A DNA stretch of 64,000 nt from Alphaproteobacteria bacterium (GCA_964291265.2 OZ219747.1:4320001-4384000), one strand, 5' to 3'; shown: positions 19,993-31,806, counted from the stretch's first letter. Made by a program: numbers and translations. Notes: a model not told the origin generated them from the letters alone.

Positions 19993-20916
19993 CTAGACCT
20001 TCCGCAGATCGAAGAAACGAAGCATCAGGGCGACCGTCGCCAGCGTCAGGATCGTCAGGACCACCGCAACCGCCGAGGCCGACGCCCACTGGAAAATGTC
20101 GATCTGGCGCAAAATCAGCCCTGCAAGCATCGGATTCTGGGCACCACCGATCACCCGTTCGGTAAAGAACTCGCCCATGCCAAGAACCACGACGAAGAGT
20201 GAGCCCGCCATGAGGCCAGGCCTGGTCAGGGGCAGGACGACGAGAAAGAAGGTGCGCATGGGATTGGCGCCGAGAACCGCGGCGGCGGACATGACGTCCT
20301 CGTCGATCCGCCGCATGCTGTAGTAGACCGGACCGATCATGAACACGATGAACAGAAACCAGAGCCCCCACATCATGGAGTAAGGCGTATAGAGCAAGAG
20401 TTCGATCGGCTCACGGATCACGCCGAGCCACAGCAGCACCGAGTTGACCACACCCTCGCGACCGAACATCGGCAGCCATGTAATTGTGCGGGTGAGATAA
20501 CTGGTCCAGAACGGCACGATGCAGAGAAGGATGATGCCGGTCTTCCAGCGTTCGTCCTTGATGACACGCCAGATGAAGTAGGCGGCCGGATAGGCCAGCA
20601 TGACGACCCCGGCGAGGGCCATCAGAATGACTTCGTATGTCCAGAGCGTGATGCTCCAGAAGGTGTCGCTGGTCAGGATCTTGGAATAGTTCGTCAGGTT
20701 GTAGTCCGGTCGAAGACCGGCAAATCCGGATTTCCAGAAGCTGAACAGGACAATGCTGCCAAGCGGTACACCGACGAACGTTGCCATCCAGAGGGTGCCG
20801 GGCAAGACGAGAAGCCAGCTGCCAAGGACCGGATGACGCGCAAGCAACGAGTGCCTGCCCACCGATGACATGCCGCTCGCGGCGGCTGTGCCGTGCAGGG
20901 CTCGAGTCTTCACCAT
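19993..20916 (-). CDS. ABC transporter permease (PotB-like)
   Basis: AYPAAY, PFWTSYLTR, AAAVLGANP, LPLTRPG. Confidence 0.9.
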   Translation of the reverse strand: MVKTRALHGTAAASGMSSVGRHSLLARHPVLGSWLLVLPGTLWMATFVGVPLGSIVLFSFWKSGFAGLRPDYNLTNYSKILTSDTFWSITLWTYEVILMALAGVVMLAYPAAYFIWRVIKDERWKTGIILLCIVPFWTSYLTRTITWLPMFGREGVVNSVLLWLGVIREPIELLLYTPYSMMWGLWFLFIVFMIGPVYYSMRRIDEDVMSAAAVLGANPMRTFFLVVLPLTRPGLMAGSLFVVVLGMGEFFTERVIGGAQNPMLAGLILRQIDIFQWASASAVAVVLTILTLATVALMLRFFDLRKV

Positions 20917-21009
20917 GACCGGGCGCTGGTGTCGCTTGCCGCTGGCGGGCCGCTCAGGTGGCGACCCGCCAGACTCCCCGTGATCCCGAGATACGGGACG
21001 GCGTCGCGC

Positions 21010-22317
21010 TTAGGCCGCCAGGAAGTCGTTCCAGCGTTCGGCATAGTAGTCAGGATCGTCCGGCCACACCATCCAGTGCATGATGTTGCTCCAGCGCCTG
21101 GCAAAGGAACCTGTGTCGCGACCACGGATTGGCCAGCCGGGTTTGGGCTCTTCGCTGGCTCCGCCGTTGTACCACCAGTCATAGTCGTTGAACTCGCCCT
21201 CGGGATCGGTGGCCCTGCTGTTCCTGAGATAGTTTTCGCAGCTGGTCGTCGGCGAGTAGTAGCCCTGTGGCGCCACCTGCGCGCCCCACCAGCCCTCCAG
21301 GCAAAAGTTCACATAGTCGATCGCCGCATCCAGGTTCGGCGTGTCCCTGGCAACCGCAACGCCGTGGAACCAGGCCGTGAAGCCTTCCTTCGGGAAGGCG
21401 TACTTGCAGACGACCCCCTGCTTCTTGACGTCCTCGACAACCGGGTTCCAGGCATCCGCCAGCCAGATTTCACCGGAGGCCAGGAGGTTCACGCACTGGC
21501 CGTAGTCTTCCCAGATCGCGCGAAACTGTCCGTCCTTCTTGCGCTCGATCAGGAACTCGATCACCGTATCGACCTCTTCATGGGTCATGTTGCCGGTTCT
21601 GTTGATGTTCGCGAGGCCATTCTTCTTCAGATAACCCGCACACCAGCCGGGCGTCAGAAGACTGTCATTGAAAATTCCGACCTTGCCCTTGAATTTCGGG
21701 TCAACAAGCGCACCCCAGCTGTCGATATCGCCGCCTATCAGGTCCATGCGATAGCCGATCGAGTCGCAATTGAAGAACTGCGGCACAAGCTTGAACTCCT
21801 TCTGGGTCGACGGATCAACCCAGATCTCGGCAAGCGGCCAGCCCGTCTCGGCGTCGTAACCGAGCGCCTGGTCGCTTGTATAGAGGTCACGCGCATCCTT
21901 CCACGGCGTGACTTTCTCGACCGGAATCGGCTGAAGCAACCCGGCGTTCCAGAGTGCGGCATTGCGATTGGCGTTGGTCTCGTTGGTGTCGTAGTTGCGG
22001 TAGCCACCGGCCAGCCATTCGGTAATCATCGGGGTCAGGCCGGCAACTTTGCCAACGGTCCTGTGACCACTGCGGCGAGCAAACTCGTTCAAGAATCGGT
22101 CCTGTACCGACACGCCAAGCCCGATGGTACGCAACTGAAGTCCGGTGGCCTCGGCCATTTCTCCCTCGGGCAGATCATCCCAGGGCATGCGCTCTGTTGC
22201 CGCAGCCTGGTCCAGGACGGTCAACCCCCCAAGTCCCGCAACACCGAGGGCAGCGCCTGCGGCCATTCCGGACTTCAACGCGTCACGCCGAGTGTATTCG
22301 TTCCTGGAATCGTTCAT
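21010..22317 (-). CDS. Tat-exported PotD/PotF-family extracellular solute-binding protein
   Basis: Twin-arginine signal TRRDALK plus hydrophobic stretch; SWGALVDPKFKGKV, PKEG, AIDYVNF. Confidence 0.88.
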   Translation of the reverse strand: MNDSRNEYTRRDALKSGMAAGAALGVAGLGGLTVLDQAAATERMPWDDLPEGEMAEATGLQLRTIGLGVSVQDRFLNEFARRSGHRTVGKVAGLTPMITEWLAGGYRNYDTNETNANRNAALWNAGLLQPIPVEKVTPWKDARDLYTSDQALGYDAETGWPLAEIWVDPSTQKEFKLVPQFFNCDSIGYRMDLIGGDIDSWGALVDPKFKGKVGIFNDSLLTPGWCAGYLKKNGLANINRTGNMTHEEVDTVIEFLIERKKDGQFRAIWEDYGQCVNLLASGEIWLADAWNPVVEDVKKQGVVCKYAFPKEGFTAWFHGVAVARDTPNLDAAIDYVNFCLEGWWGAQVAPQGYYSPTTSCENYLRNSRATDPEGEFNDYDWWYNGGASEEPKPGWPIRGRDTGSFARRWSNIMHWMVWPDDPDYYAERWNDFLAA

Positions 22318-22521
22318 CTCTTCTCTCCCCTGATTGATTCAACTCCTGCCTTGTTCCTGCCGATTATGGCAGGCAGGGAACATGAGCGTCCATAGCTCTC
22401 TGCTCCCAAGGGTTGCGGCCCCGACGATCGGGCCCTCTGCACTGGATCGCAGTGCGCGAGGGAATCCTGAGGCTACGGCCATTGTCATGGCAAATGCCGT
22501 GTTTTCTGATACATTATGCTC

Positions 22522-22546
22522 CAACCAGATATCATCAGCCTGGTTG
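22522..22546. promoter_or_regulatory. Inverted repeat in the divergent promoter region; candidate regulator operator
   Basis: CAACCAG-N11-CTGGTTG in the AT-rich intergenic region between the SBP gene and lysR; overlaps TTGACA at 22544-22549. Confidence 0.4.
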
Positions 22547-22658
22547 ACACGAGATGGTTTTCGTTTAATTGTTTGTATTGAGCATGTTGCCAGGGATTCT
22601 GTTGCATGGCTTGCTCTCCGGTCAACAAGAAAAACAAACAACGTTATCGGATTGGTTG

Positions 22659-23576
22659 ATGGAACCATCCCTTCGCCAGATGCGCTACTTCATCGCCGCC
22701 GCCCGGTCCGGGCAGATTTCCCGAGCGGCAAGGGAACTCAGCGTCTCCCAGAGCGCCGTCACCACGGCCGTCAGGCAGCTTGAGGACATCGTTGGCTGCG
22801 CCCTGTTCCAGCGGCGCGTGCACGGAGTCACGCTCACACACAACGGCACCATATTCCTTGAACATGCCAGTCGCGTCCTTGCGGCGGTGGACGAGGCAGT
22901 ACGCGCTCCACGCAACACGCTCTCTCAACTCGACGGGCTCCTGCGACTGGCCATGACCTACACGATCGCGGGCTACTTCCTTCCCGCCTATCTGGAACGC
23001 TTTTCGCGCGCCTATCCGCACATCGACCTGCAACCCCTGGAAACGACCCGCTCGGAGATCGAGGCCGGCCTGGCCTCGGGCGAATACGATATCGCTGTCG
23101 TGCTGACGTCCAACATCGTCGATCAGGAAGGGCTGGATTTCGAAACCCTGTTTCGGTCGCCGCGACGCCTGTGGGTCCCGACGAGCCATCATCTCCTCAA
23201 GAAGGACGACATCCAGTTCAGGGATGTGGCGAAGGAACCCTACATCATGCTCACCGTCGATGAGGGGTCCAACACGACACAACGCTACTGGCACCAGGCC
23301 GGCTGTCGTCCGAATACACTGATGCGCACCTCGTCGGTCGAGGCCGTGCGCTCCATGGTGGCCAACGGCATGGGCGTCACCATACTCTCCGACATGGTCT
23401 ACAGGCCCTGGTCCCTCGAAGGGCGGCGCGTCGAGGCTGTGCCCCTTGCCAGTCACGTGCCGACCATGGATGTGGGCCTGGCCTGGGCCATGGCGGTTGA
23501 GATGTCACCGCCCGCACGGGCCTTCGCCGATTTTCTGCGTACCGGTCTTGCCCGGGACCGCCTGGCATTCTTCTGA
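22659..23576 (+). CDS. LysR-family transcriptional regulator
   Basis: SLRQMRYFIAAA..GQISRAARELSVSQSAVT..LE..G..LF HTH; LysR substrate domain; divergent from the catabolic cluster; ATG 22659. Confidence 0.94.
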   Translation: MEPSLRQMRYFIAAARSGQISRAARELSVSQSAVTTAVRQLEDIVGCALFQRRVHGVTLTHNGTIFLEHASRVLAAVDEAVRAPRNTLSQLDGLLRLAMTYTIAGYFLPAYLERFSRAYPHIDLQPLETTRSEIEAGLASGEYDIAVVLTSNIVDQEGLDFETLFRSPRRLWVPTSHHLLKKDDIQFRDVAKEPYIMLTVDEGSNTTQRYWHQAGCRPNTLMRTSSVEAVRSMVANGMGVTILSDMVYRPWSLEGRRVEAVPLASHVPTMDVGLAWAMAVEMSPPARAFADFLRTGLARDRLAFF

Positions 23577-23720
23577 GGGAACCGGCCGACAGGCGTGACC
23601 GGCACAACCCCTGCCGAGCGGCGGTGCCAGGAGCCGTCACGCAGGCCCCTTCCGGAGACGGCCTTGCGCACCCTGCCGCCCGGACATAGGTTTCAGGGCA
23701 CCGTTCGGGGAGGATCTTCG

Positions 23721-25298
23721 TTGGCGGAGTTGTCGCAGGAACGGGCCCGCGCCATCAGGGCCTGGCCGTTCGAGGAGGCGCGGAAACTCCTGGGACGGCT
23801 CGCCGGCCGCACTCCGGCAAAGGACCATGTGCTGTTCGAGACGGGCTACGGACCATCGGGCCTGCCCCATATCGGCACGTTCGGCGAGGTCGTGCGCACC
23901 GGCATGGTCCGCCATGCCTTCTCGCAGATGTCCGACGTGCCGACGCGTCTCTTCGCCTACTCCGATGACATGGACGGATTGCGCAAGGTGCCGGACAATG
24001 TCCCCAAGAAGGAGATGATGGCGCGTCACATCGGCCAGCCGCTGACGAGGATTCCCAATCCCTTCGCCAGCAGCCATGCGAGCTTCGGGGACCACAACAA
24101 CGCGATGCTGAGGTCCTTTCTCGACCGTTTCGGTTTCGACTACGAGTTCGTGAGTTCCTCCCGAATGTACCGGTCAGGCGCCTTCGACGACGCCCTCATG
24201 CGCGTCCTCGAGCGGTTCGACGCCGTCATGGAGATCATGTTGCCGACCCTCGGGGAGGAGCGGCGCAAGACCTATTCGCCCTTCCTGCCGATCTCTCCCT
24301 CGAGCGGCCGGGTCCTCTACGTGCCTCTCCTCGAGCGCCATCCCGGAAAGGGAACGATCGTCTTCGAGGATGAGGATGGCACCAAGGCAGAGGTTCCGGT
24401 CACGGGAGGGCACTGCAAGCTCAACTGGAAGCCGGATTGGGGCATGCGCTGGCATGCCCTGGGCGTCGACTACGAAATGGCCGGCAAGGACCTGATTGAT
24501 TCGGTGACCATTTCGGGACGAATCTGCCGGGCGCTCGGTGGCACGCCGCCGGAGGGTTTCAACTACGAACTCTTCCTTGACCAGAACGGCGAGAAGATCT
24601 CCAAATCCCGCGGCAACGGCCTCACCATCGACGAGTGGCTGCGCTACGGTACGCCGGAAAGCCTCGCTCTCTTCATGTACACCAAGCCGCGCACGGCCAA
24701 GCGTCTCTATTTCGACGTCATCCCGCGTCACGTCGACGAGCATGCGCGGCACCTCGAACTCTACCGCCGGCAGGATCAGGATGAGCGCCTTGCCAATCCG
24801 GCATGGCACGTTCACGCCGGCGACCCGCCAACCGAGAATCAGCCTCTTTCCTATGCGGTGCTTCTCAATCTCGCCAGTGTCTGCAATGCGGACGACGAGG
24901 CCATCCTGTGGGGTTTCATCAGCCGCTACCTTCCCGGAACCTCACCTGAAACCCATCCCCTGCTCGACCGCCTGGCGCGCCTCGCCGTCCACTACTACCG
25001 GGATGTGGTGAGGAAGCAGAAGCACTACCGCGTACCGGACGACAAGGAACGGGATGCTCTTGCGGACCTCGCCGACCGGCTGGAGACACTTCCGGAAACG
25101 GCAACCGGCGAGGATTTCCAGAGCGAGACCTATGCGACCGGACGGGACCATGGGTTCGAACCCCTGAGAACCTGGTTCGCAACCCTCTACGAGGTCCTTC
25201 TCGGCCAGCCCTCCGGGCCGCGGTTCGGCAGTTTCATGGCTCTCTACGGACGCCGCGAAACCCTCGCCCTCATCCGCGGCAAGCTCGCATGTGACTGA
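23721..25298 (+). CDS. lysS: Lysine--tRNA ligase, class I
   Basis: [20 protein letters not shown] (HIGH), KISKS (KMSKS), GPRFGSF; TTG start after GGAGGA. Confidence 0.95.
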   Translation: MAELSQERARAIRAWPFEEARKLLGRLAGRTPAKDHVLFETGYGPSGLPHIGTFGEVVRTGMVRHAFSQMSDVPTRLFAYSDDMDGLRKVPDNVPKKEMMARHIGQPLTRIPNPFASSHASFGDHNNAMLRSFLDRFGFDYEFVSSSRMYRSGAFDDALMRVLERFDAVMEIMLPTLGEERRKTYSPFLPISPSSGRVLYVPLLERHPGKGTIVFEDEDGTKAEVPVTGGHCKLNWKPDWGMRWHALGVDYEMAGKDLIDSVTISGRICRALGGTPPEGFNYELFLDQNGEKISKSRGNGLTIDEWLRYGTPESLALFMYTKPRTAKRLYFDVIPRHVDEHARHLELYRRQDQDERLANPAWHVHAGDPPTENQPLSYAVLLNLASVCNADDEAILWGFISRYLPGTSPETHPLLDRLARLAVHYYRDVVRKQKHYRVPDDKERDALADLADRLETLPETATGEDFQSETYATGRDHGFEPLRTWFATLYEVLLGQPSGPRFGSFMALYGRRETLALIRGKLACD

Positions 25299-28086
25299 CC
25301 GCGTCATGACCTGGGCCGAGGCGCCGACACTCGTGGCGGGTGCTGCCAGCGCCGTCTGGCTGACCGCTGACGGTGTCATCGAGGAAATCGACCGCGAAGA
25401 GGCCGGCCGGAGGTGGAAGCGTGGCGGCGTGCCCTTGGTGTGTCATGCCGTGGCCACCGGCGGGCGCACCGGAACCCGCCACCTGCCGGCCTACGACATC
25501 CTGGAAGTCCTCGCATTCGTTCGCCCGGGGTCCTTTGCCGTCCCCACACCCTTCGGCGTTGCCCGAGCACTCGGCGCCGGCCTGCCCCGCGACATGGCTG
25601 ATCAGGCGATGGCCCTGCGGACCTGTGCCGCCCTTCTGCTCGACGAACTGGCGGCGTTCGATCGAGAGAAGAGGGACGAGGCGAACGCCATCGCGGCCGT
25701 CATGGTCCACAGCGCCTGGCCATGGGCAGGCGATGTCGCTGCGGCACTGGATCTCGGGTCGGGTGTGAAAGGCAGCCTCGATGTCTGGTCCGCTCGCCAG
25801 GAATGGTCGGAGACGGAACCGCGGCCGCCACCACGCACCGATGCCATCGCCAGCGACGACGTGGCATCGCGACTGGTGGCGCTTCTCGGAGTGGATGCAG
25901 AAGACAGGCCGGAACAGGTCCGGTATGCACAATCGCTCATCCCCGGCTTTGCCCCGCGCCGGGAGCCGGGTGCGGTCGGCGCGGTGCTGGCGGAGGCAGG
26001 CACGGGCGTGGGCAAGACCCTCGGATACATAGCACCGGCCAGCCTGTGGGCGGAAAAGAACCGCGGCACCGTGTGGATCAGCACCTATACCAGGAACCTG
26101 CAGCGCCAGATCAACCAGGAACTCGACCGGCTCATTCCGGAGGGCGAGGCCAGACGGCGGCGAGTCGTGGTGCGCAAGGGCCGCGAGAACTACCTGTGTC
26201 TGCTCAATTTCGCCCATGCGGTCAATCGTCACCGAGGTTCGCTCGAGGACACGGTCCGTCTCGGTCTCATCGGACGCTGGATACAGACCACGTCCGATGG
26301 CGACATGCAGGGCGGCTCCCTGCCCGGCTGGCTTCTCGAACTGCTCGGGCACCGGCAAACCATGGACCTCGCAGACCGCCGCGGCGAGTGCATCTACAGC
26401 GCCTGCGATCACTATCGGAAGTGCTTCATCGAAGGGTCGGTGCGCCGGGCGCACCATGCCGACATCGTCGTCTCCAACCATGCGCTCAGCCTTCTTCAGG
26501 CATGGCACAGCGGCGAAGGCGATCCTCATGCCCCGACTCGTTACGTCTTCGATGAAGGGCACCATCTCTTTGATGCTGCAGACAGGGTGTTCGCCACCGA
26601 ACTCACCTGCCGCGAGACGGAGGACCTGCGCCGTTGGCTGCTCGGAGCGGGGAGCCGCCAGTCGCGGGCTCGCGGGCTCATGCAGAGGGTGCGCGATCTC
26701 TTCGGTGACGAAGGTCGCGCGCTCATCGCCGATATCGCGCGCGCCGCCACCGCCCTGCCGGCGCCGGGCTGGCTGGAGCGGTTCGCCGCCGGCGCCCCGG
26801 CCGGAACGGCAGAAGCCTTCTTCTTCCTGGTGCGCCGCCAGGTGCTGGATCGGACCGGGGACGCCCGCAGCCACTACAGTCTGGAATGCCTGGCCGATCA
26901 CCCTCCTGAACCACTCCTCGCAGCGGCCGTCGACCTGCACGCATCGCTGGGCACCCTCGAGCGGCCCCTGGCGGATCTCATCGGACATCTGGGCGAGGAA
27001 CTGGTCCGCCTGAAGGACGGTCTCGAGGAGAACACGCTACAGCGCATGGAGGCGACGATGCGGGGCATCCGCCTGCGCGGTGTCGACGTCGTCGCCGAGT
27101 GGCGTCACATGCTCGAGGCTCTGGGCGCGGAGACCCCTGCGGAGTACCACGACTGCCTGTCCATCAACCGCATTGACGGTCGCGAGTTCGACATGGGCAT
27201 GCACCGTCACTGGATCGATCCCGGCCTGCCCTTCGCCGAGCATGTCGCCTCGAAAACCCATGGCATCGTCATCACCTCGGCAACACTGCGCGATGCGCGT
27301 GACCACCCCCGGACAGGGCAAGGCTCCTGGCTCACGGCCGGCCTGCGGACCGGTCTGCGCCACCTCGCCGATCCTCCGACCTGTTGCGCCATTTCCTCCC
27401 CGTTTGACTACCCGGAACTCACCCGGGTGATCGTGGTCTCGGACGTGCCGCGCCAGGACGAGGTGAGGGTCAGCATCGCCTTTCGCGATCTCTTCATGGC
27501 TTCCGGTGGAGGTGGCCTCGGAATCTTCACGGCCATCAGACGCCTGAGACGTGTCCAGCAGCGCATTGCCCTTCCCCTCCAGGAGGCAGGGCTGCCTCTC
27601 TACGCACAACACGTCGACGCCATGGACACTGGAACCCTCGTGGACATCTTTCGCGCCGAGGAGGATTCCTGCCTGCTCGGCACCGATGCCGTCCGCGACG
27701 GCGTTGATGTTCCCGGTCGCTCCCTGCGTCTCATCGTCTTTGACCGGGTGCCATGGCCACGGCCGAGTCTGCTGCACCGGGCACGACATGCCGCGTTCGG
27801 GGACCTGCAGTGGAGCGACCTCATCACGCGACTGAGGTTGCGCCAGGCCTTCGGCCGCCTCGTGAGACGCATGGATGACCGCGGCGTCTTCGTGCTCCTC
27901 GATCCGCGCCTGCCACCACGCATGGCGAGCGCCTTTCCGGAAGGGATGGAGGTCCGAAGGCTCACACTGGACCAGGCCATCGACTGCGTCAGGGAGCACG
28001 TCGGGAAAACGCGTGATCGCCGGCAGGGGGAGGTGCTACCGTGCGATCCCCTCGACAGCAGCACCGGGGCCGGCGATGCATCCTGA
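25291..28086 (+). CDS. DinG-family ATP-dependent DNA helicase
   Basis: [17 protein letters not shown] and C-x4-C-x5-C Fe-S cysteines, [24 protein letters not shown]. Confidence 0.92.
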   Translation: MTDRVMTWAEAPTLVAGAASAVWLTADGVIEEIDREEAGRRWKRGGVPLVCHAVATGGRTGTRHLPAYDILEVLAFVRPGSFAVPTPFGVARALGAGLPRDMADQAMALRTCAALLLDELAAFDREKRDEANAIAAVMVHSAWPWAGDVAAALDLGSGVKGSLDVWSARQEWSETEPRPPPRTDAIASDDVASRLVALLGVDAEDRPEQVRYAQSLIPGFAPRREPGAVGAVLAEAGTGVGKTLGYIAPASLWAEKNRGTVWISTYTRNLQRQINQELDRLIPEGEARRRRVVVRKGRENYLCLLNFAHAVNRHRGSLEDTVRLGLIGRWIQTTSDGDMQGGSLPGWLLELLGHRQTMDLADRRGECIYSACDHYRKCFIEGSVRRAHHADIVVSNHALSLLQAWHSGEGDPHAPTRYVFDEGHHLFDAADRVFATELTCRETEDLRRWLLGAGSRQSRARGLMQRVRDLFGDEGRALIADIARAATALPAPGWLERFAAGAPAGTAEAFFFLVRRQVLDRTGDARSHYSLECLADHPPEPLLAAAVDLHASLGTLERPLADLIGHLGEELVRLKDGLEENTLQRMEATMRGIRLRGVDVVAEWRHMLEALGAETPAEYHDCLSINRIDGREFDMGMHRHWIDPGLPFAEHVASKTHGIVITSATLRDARDHPRTGQGSWLTAGLRTGLRHLADPPTCCAISSPFDYPELTRVIVVSDVPRQDEVRVSIAFRDLFMASGGGGLGIFTAIRRLRRVQQRIALPLQEAGLPLYAQHVDAMDTGTLVDIFRAEEDSCLLGTDAVRDGVDVPGRSLRLIVFDRVPWPRPSLLHRARHAAFGDLQWSDLITRLRLRQAFGRLVRRMDDRGVFVLLDPRLPPRMASAFPEGMEVRRLTLDQAIDCVREHVGKTRDRRQGEVLPCDPLDSSTGAGDAS

Positions 28087-29167
28087 ACAGTTCTTTTCGG
28101 CGACCTATCGCGAAGCGCGTCAGGCCTTTCTCGATGCCTGCCTCATGTGTGGTGCGCGTGTCGACCGGCTCCTCCACCCCAGGCGAGGCCGGGACGGCGA
28201 GATCCTCGCCACGGATGTCGCGCGCCTGGGTCCCGATGACGCAGGGCGGGTCTTCATGACCATGTCGGCCACCCACGGTGTCGAGGGCTTCTGCGGCTCG
28301 GGAGTTCAGACCGGCGGCCTTGCATCAGGCCTCTACGACGATCGTCATGACGATCTTGCCGTTGTCCTGATCCACGCGATCAATCCCTTCGGATTTTCCT
28401 GGCTGCGCCGCGTGACCCACGAGAACATCGATCTCAACCGCAATCATGTCGACCACGAACAGCCCTACGCCACCAACGAAGGCTACGAGGCGCTGAAGGA
28501 GGCTCTGTGTCCGGATGCGTGGACCGCCGAATCGAGAGCCGCGTGTCGTGCAGCGATGGAGACCTACCGTGAACGCTGGGGGGACATGGCCTTGCAGGGC
28601 GCCATTTCGACCGGCCAGTACAGTCATCCCTCCGGCCTGTTCTACGGCGGATCGGCCCCCTCCTGGTCGGCCACTACGCTTACCTCCATCGTCCGCCGCC
28701 ATGCTGCAGGCGCTCGTCACGTTGCATTCCTCGACTACCACACCGGTTTGGGTCCCTTTGGCGTCGGCGAGCTGATTTCGGATCACGAGACCGGTGAATC
28801 CGGTCATCGGCGCCTGGTCGACTGGTTCGGTGATGGCGCCGTGACATCGACCAGTGACGGCAGTTCGGTCTCCGCACCGCTCACCGGCACCAACAACCTC
28901 GCGGTGGCCAGGGCTGCAGACCGCGCCAGTCTCACCATGGCGACCCTGGAATACGGCACATCACCCCTTGACGAGGTCCTGGAATCCCTGATGGCGGACT
29001 GCTGGCTCCACAACCACGGGGACCCCGACTCGGATCCTGGCCGCGCCATCAAGGCGGAGATCCGGCGTTGCTTCTATCCCGATACAGGCGCCTGGAAGGA
29101 GATGGTCTTCGAGAGGGCAACGGCTGTCGAGAAGACCATGCTGGCCGGACTCGCCGCTCAGCAATGA
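28076..29167 (+). CDS. M14-like zinc metallopeptidase (DUF2817)
   Basis: FSATYREAR, HGVEG (HxxE), DLNRN, DYHTGLG, LEYG; ATG 28076. Confidence 0.85.
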   Translation: MHPEQFFSATYREARQAFLDACLMCGARVDRLLHPRRGRDGEILATDVARLGPDDAGRVFMTMSATHGVEGFCGSGVQTGGLASGLYDDRHDDLAVVLIHAINPFGFSWLRRVTHENIDLNRNHVDHEQPYATNEGYEALKEALCPDAWTAESRAACRAAMETYRERWGDMALQGAISTGQYSHPSGLFYGGSAPSWSATTLTSIVRRHAAGARHVAFLDYHTGLGPFGVGELISDHETGESGHRRLVDWFGDGAVTSTSDGSSVSAPLTGTNNLAVARAADRASLTMATLEYGTSPLDEVLESLMADCWLHNHGDPDSDPGRAIKAEIRRCFYPDTGAWKEMVFERATAVEKTMLAGLAAQQ

Positions 29168-31206
29168 TCCCTCGGAATGTCGTGATTCCATGAACGCGAA
29201 CAGACCCGCCGGTGTCCCTCGAAGGCCTCGAGATCGCTGATCACATGCCAGATGTCTGCCGACGATCTGATTTCCATCCGCACCCTGACGCCGACATCCC
29301 AGTCGCCCCGGCTGCGGCGGCTCCACCAGTGCCAGACGGCCCGTGCCGAAAGGGGATCACCCTTCGTGATGCGGTACTCGAACCTGGTGCCGTCGGCGCA
29401 TTCCATGTCGATGGCCTCGAGGCGGCAGACGCCGCCGTCCTCCACCAGACGCATCACCTGTTCGCCGCTCGCGACATCCCGCTCGACCTTCCTCGATGAC
29501 GAGGGAGGCACCAGGATCGTCATGTCGGGAAGCGGCGCCATCTCGGGTTCGCCGAAAACCACCTCCGGATCATCAACGTCCCGCAGTGGGCGGACGGGCA
29601 GCATCAGCCTGCTCCCGGCGCCGCCGGTGAGCGAAAGGGTGAAGGGTTCCGGCGCCGGCCACACGACGGGAAAGTAGCTCGTCGAGATGGCGACCCGAAC
29701 CCGGTGTCCGGCAAGAAAGGCGTGAGCGCAGTCGTTCAGCTTGAGGCGGACCGTTACCGTTTCTCCCGGTGTCATCGGCGATGGTTCCCCATGACCGCGG
29801 ACGTGCGAGAGATTGAGCGCCCCCCACGTCACACGCATGGACTCTCCGGTCGGCGCGACATCGTTGAGCCGCACCACCACCATCGCCTGAGGACGGTCCA
29901 CCGCGACCTCAAGCACGAGTTCCGGCGCCCCGAGGATCTCCAGTCGCTCCTCGAGGGGTTCTCCGTCAAACATGAGCGACACGGCATCGTCCTCCCGCTG
30001 GTCGAGCGGCAGGTCGGGGCTCGAACCGCCAAGCCCGTAGGGGCACCAGCTGCCGGCGGCAACACCGACGGTCTCCGGAGATCGGTGGTCCATGGCAACT
30101 CGCGGACCGGCCGCCATTCCCAGCCCATCGGCATTGAGAAAAAGAGTGCGGACAGTGATGTCGGGTGACGGCCAGGCGGTCTCACTCACCCAGCGTCCCT
30201 TCGACTGCGCCAGGCAGGCGTCCGGCGACTGGAATTCGTCAAGCCAGACGGTCAGTCGAGGTTGATCCGCGAATTCCGGGTCCCCGCCCTTCAGCCAGTG
30301 ATCCCACCAGCGCAGGCCATGTTGAAGGAATCCGGTGGAGGGGCCCGGAATGGCGTCCTGGGGGTACTTGTGGCCCCACGGACCGATGAGTCCTCTGGCC
30401 GGACCGTCAAGATTCTCGAGCATGCGTGGCACGGCATTCGAGTAACCATCGTTCCAGCCCCCCACGGCGTAGACCGCACAATCGATGTCCGACCAGTTCT
30501 CGCAGACCGATCCGTGTTTCCAGTAGGTATCCCGCCGCTGGTGGGCGAGCCACAGGGTGGCGGCGACCGGTTCCTGGTTCTCCAGTCTCTCCAGCCACTG
30601 ATCCCGCCATCTCTCCCCCTGGATCAACGGATCGCCGGAGCGCGCCATGAGCATCAGATAGGCCGAACCCCAGAAGAAGTTCTCGAGCAGTACGCACCCA
30701 CCCATGTAGTGCACATCGTCGCTGTAGCGGTCATCGGTCGAACAGTGGGTGATGATCGCCTTCAGGGCCGGGGGCCGGCGCGCCGCCACCTGCAGGCTGT
30801 TGAAGCCGCCCCACGAGATGCCCGTCATGCCGACACGGCCGCTGCACCAGGGCTGGGCGGCAATCCAGGCGATCGCTTCCACGGCATCGTCCTGTTCCTG
30901 GGGTGCATACTCATCCGCGATGAGACCTTCCGACTCCCCGGTGCCGCGTATGTCGAGCCTCACACAGGCATAGCCGTGCCCCGCCCAGTAACGGTGGCGG
31001 GGATCATCCCAGGCGCGTGTATGATCGCGCTTGCGGTAGGGGATGTACTCGAGAATTGCAGGCACCGGGTTGTCTTCGGCATCGTCGGGCATCCAGATGC
31101 GCGCCGACAGCCGAACCCCGTCGGCCATGGGGATCCAGACATGCTCGATCTCCTTCACATGACACGGGAAATCACTGACGATTCTCGTTGCTGCAGCGTC
31201 GGTCAT
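29158..31206 (-). CDS. CocE/NonD family (peptidase S15) hydrolase
   Basis: IPMADGVRL, PYRKRD, RGTGESEG, nucleophile GISWGG, GPWGH, C-terminal PepX_C-like region. Confidence 0.92.
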   Translation of the reverse strand: MTDAAATRIVSDFPCHVKEIEHVWIPMADGVRLSARIWMPDDAEDNPVPAILEYIPYRKRDHTRAWDDPRHRYWAGHGYACVRLDIRGTGESEGLIADEYAPQEQDDAVEAIAWIAAQPWCSGRVGMTGISWGGFNSLQVAARRPPALKAIITHCSTDDRYSDDVHYMGGCVLLENFFWGSAYLMLMARSGDPLIQGERWRDQWLERLENQEPVAATLWLAHQRRDTYWKHGSVCENWSDIDCAVYAVGGWNDGYSNAVPRMLENLDGPARGLIGPWGHKYPQDAIPGPSTGFLQHGLRWWDHWLKGGDPEFADQPRLTVWLDEFQSPDACLAQSKGRWVSETAWPSPDITVRTLFLNADGLGMAAGPRVAMDHRSPETVGVAAGSWCPYGLGGSSPDLPLDQREDDAVSLMFDGEPLEERLEILGAPELVLEVAVDRPQAMVVVRLNDVAPTGESMRVTWGALNLSHVRGHGEPSPMTPGETVTVRLKLNDCAHAFLAGHRVRVAISTSYFPVVWPAPEPFTLSLTGGAGSRLMLPVRPLRDVDDPEVVFGEPEMAPLPDMTILVPPSSSRKVERDVASGEQVMRLVEDGGVCRLEAIDMECADGTRFEYRITKGDPLSARAVWHWWSRRSRGDWDVGVRVRMEIRSSADIWHVISDLEAFEGHRRVCSRSWNHDIPRDHC

Positions 31207-31228
31207 TTCGCTTCTTCCCCGGGGACGG

Positions 31229-31804
31229 TCATGCCTGGGCTGCGGTTGAACGCGCACCTTCTTCGGTCACGATCCAGTCCAGGCGGACATCATGGGACTG
31301 GCGGGGCACTGCGTCGACCTCAAGGCCGGCATAGCACACACCCACGGCGGTGACCGCCCGGCCAATGCATCTCAGCCCGTGAAGCGTGCGATCGTAGAAC
31401 CCGCCACCATAGCCCAGACGATATCCCCTCGAATCGAATCCCAGCATCGGCACGAGCAGAAGTTGCGGGACAACGGGCGGTGCACCGACGGGCGGGACGG
31501 GAATGTTCCAGACCCCGGGCTCCAGCCTGTCGTCCGGGGTCCAGGACCGAAACGCCAGGGCCCGGTTCCTTGCCACGACCACGGGCATGCCGACCTCGTG
31601 CCCGCCGGCATGGGCTGCCTTGGCAAGCGGCAGGACGTCGAACTCGGAACCGACCGGAATGTAGGCGGATACGGCGGCGCCGACCGGAAATCCGATCGCG
31701 GACAGGAAGTGACGGCACGCCCTCTCGCCGGCATCGACGACGGAGGCATGAAGCCGCTTCCTCATCTCCATGCAGCGCCTTCGCTGCAGCGCCTTCTCGT
31801 CCAT
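31229..31804 (-). CDS. ygfA: 5-formyltetrahydrofolate cyclo-ligase
   Basis: LVPMLGFD..GYRLGYGGGFYDRTL, HDVRLDWIVTE; lies downstream of 6S RNA. Confidence 0.92.
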   Translation of the reverse strand: MDEKALQRRRCMEMRKRLHASVVDAGERACRHFLSAIGFPVGAAVSAYIPVGSEFDVLPLAKAAHAGGHEVGMPVVVARNRALAFRSWTPDDRLEPGVWNIPVPPVGAPPVVPQLLLVPMLGFDSRGYRLGYGGGFYDRTLHGLRCIGRAVTAVGVCYAGLEVDAVPRQSHDVRLDWIVTEEGARSTAAQA

Positions 31805-31806
31805 CA

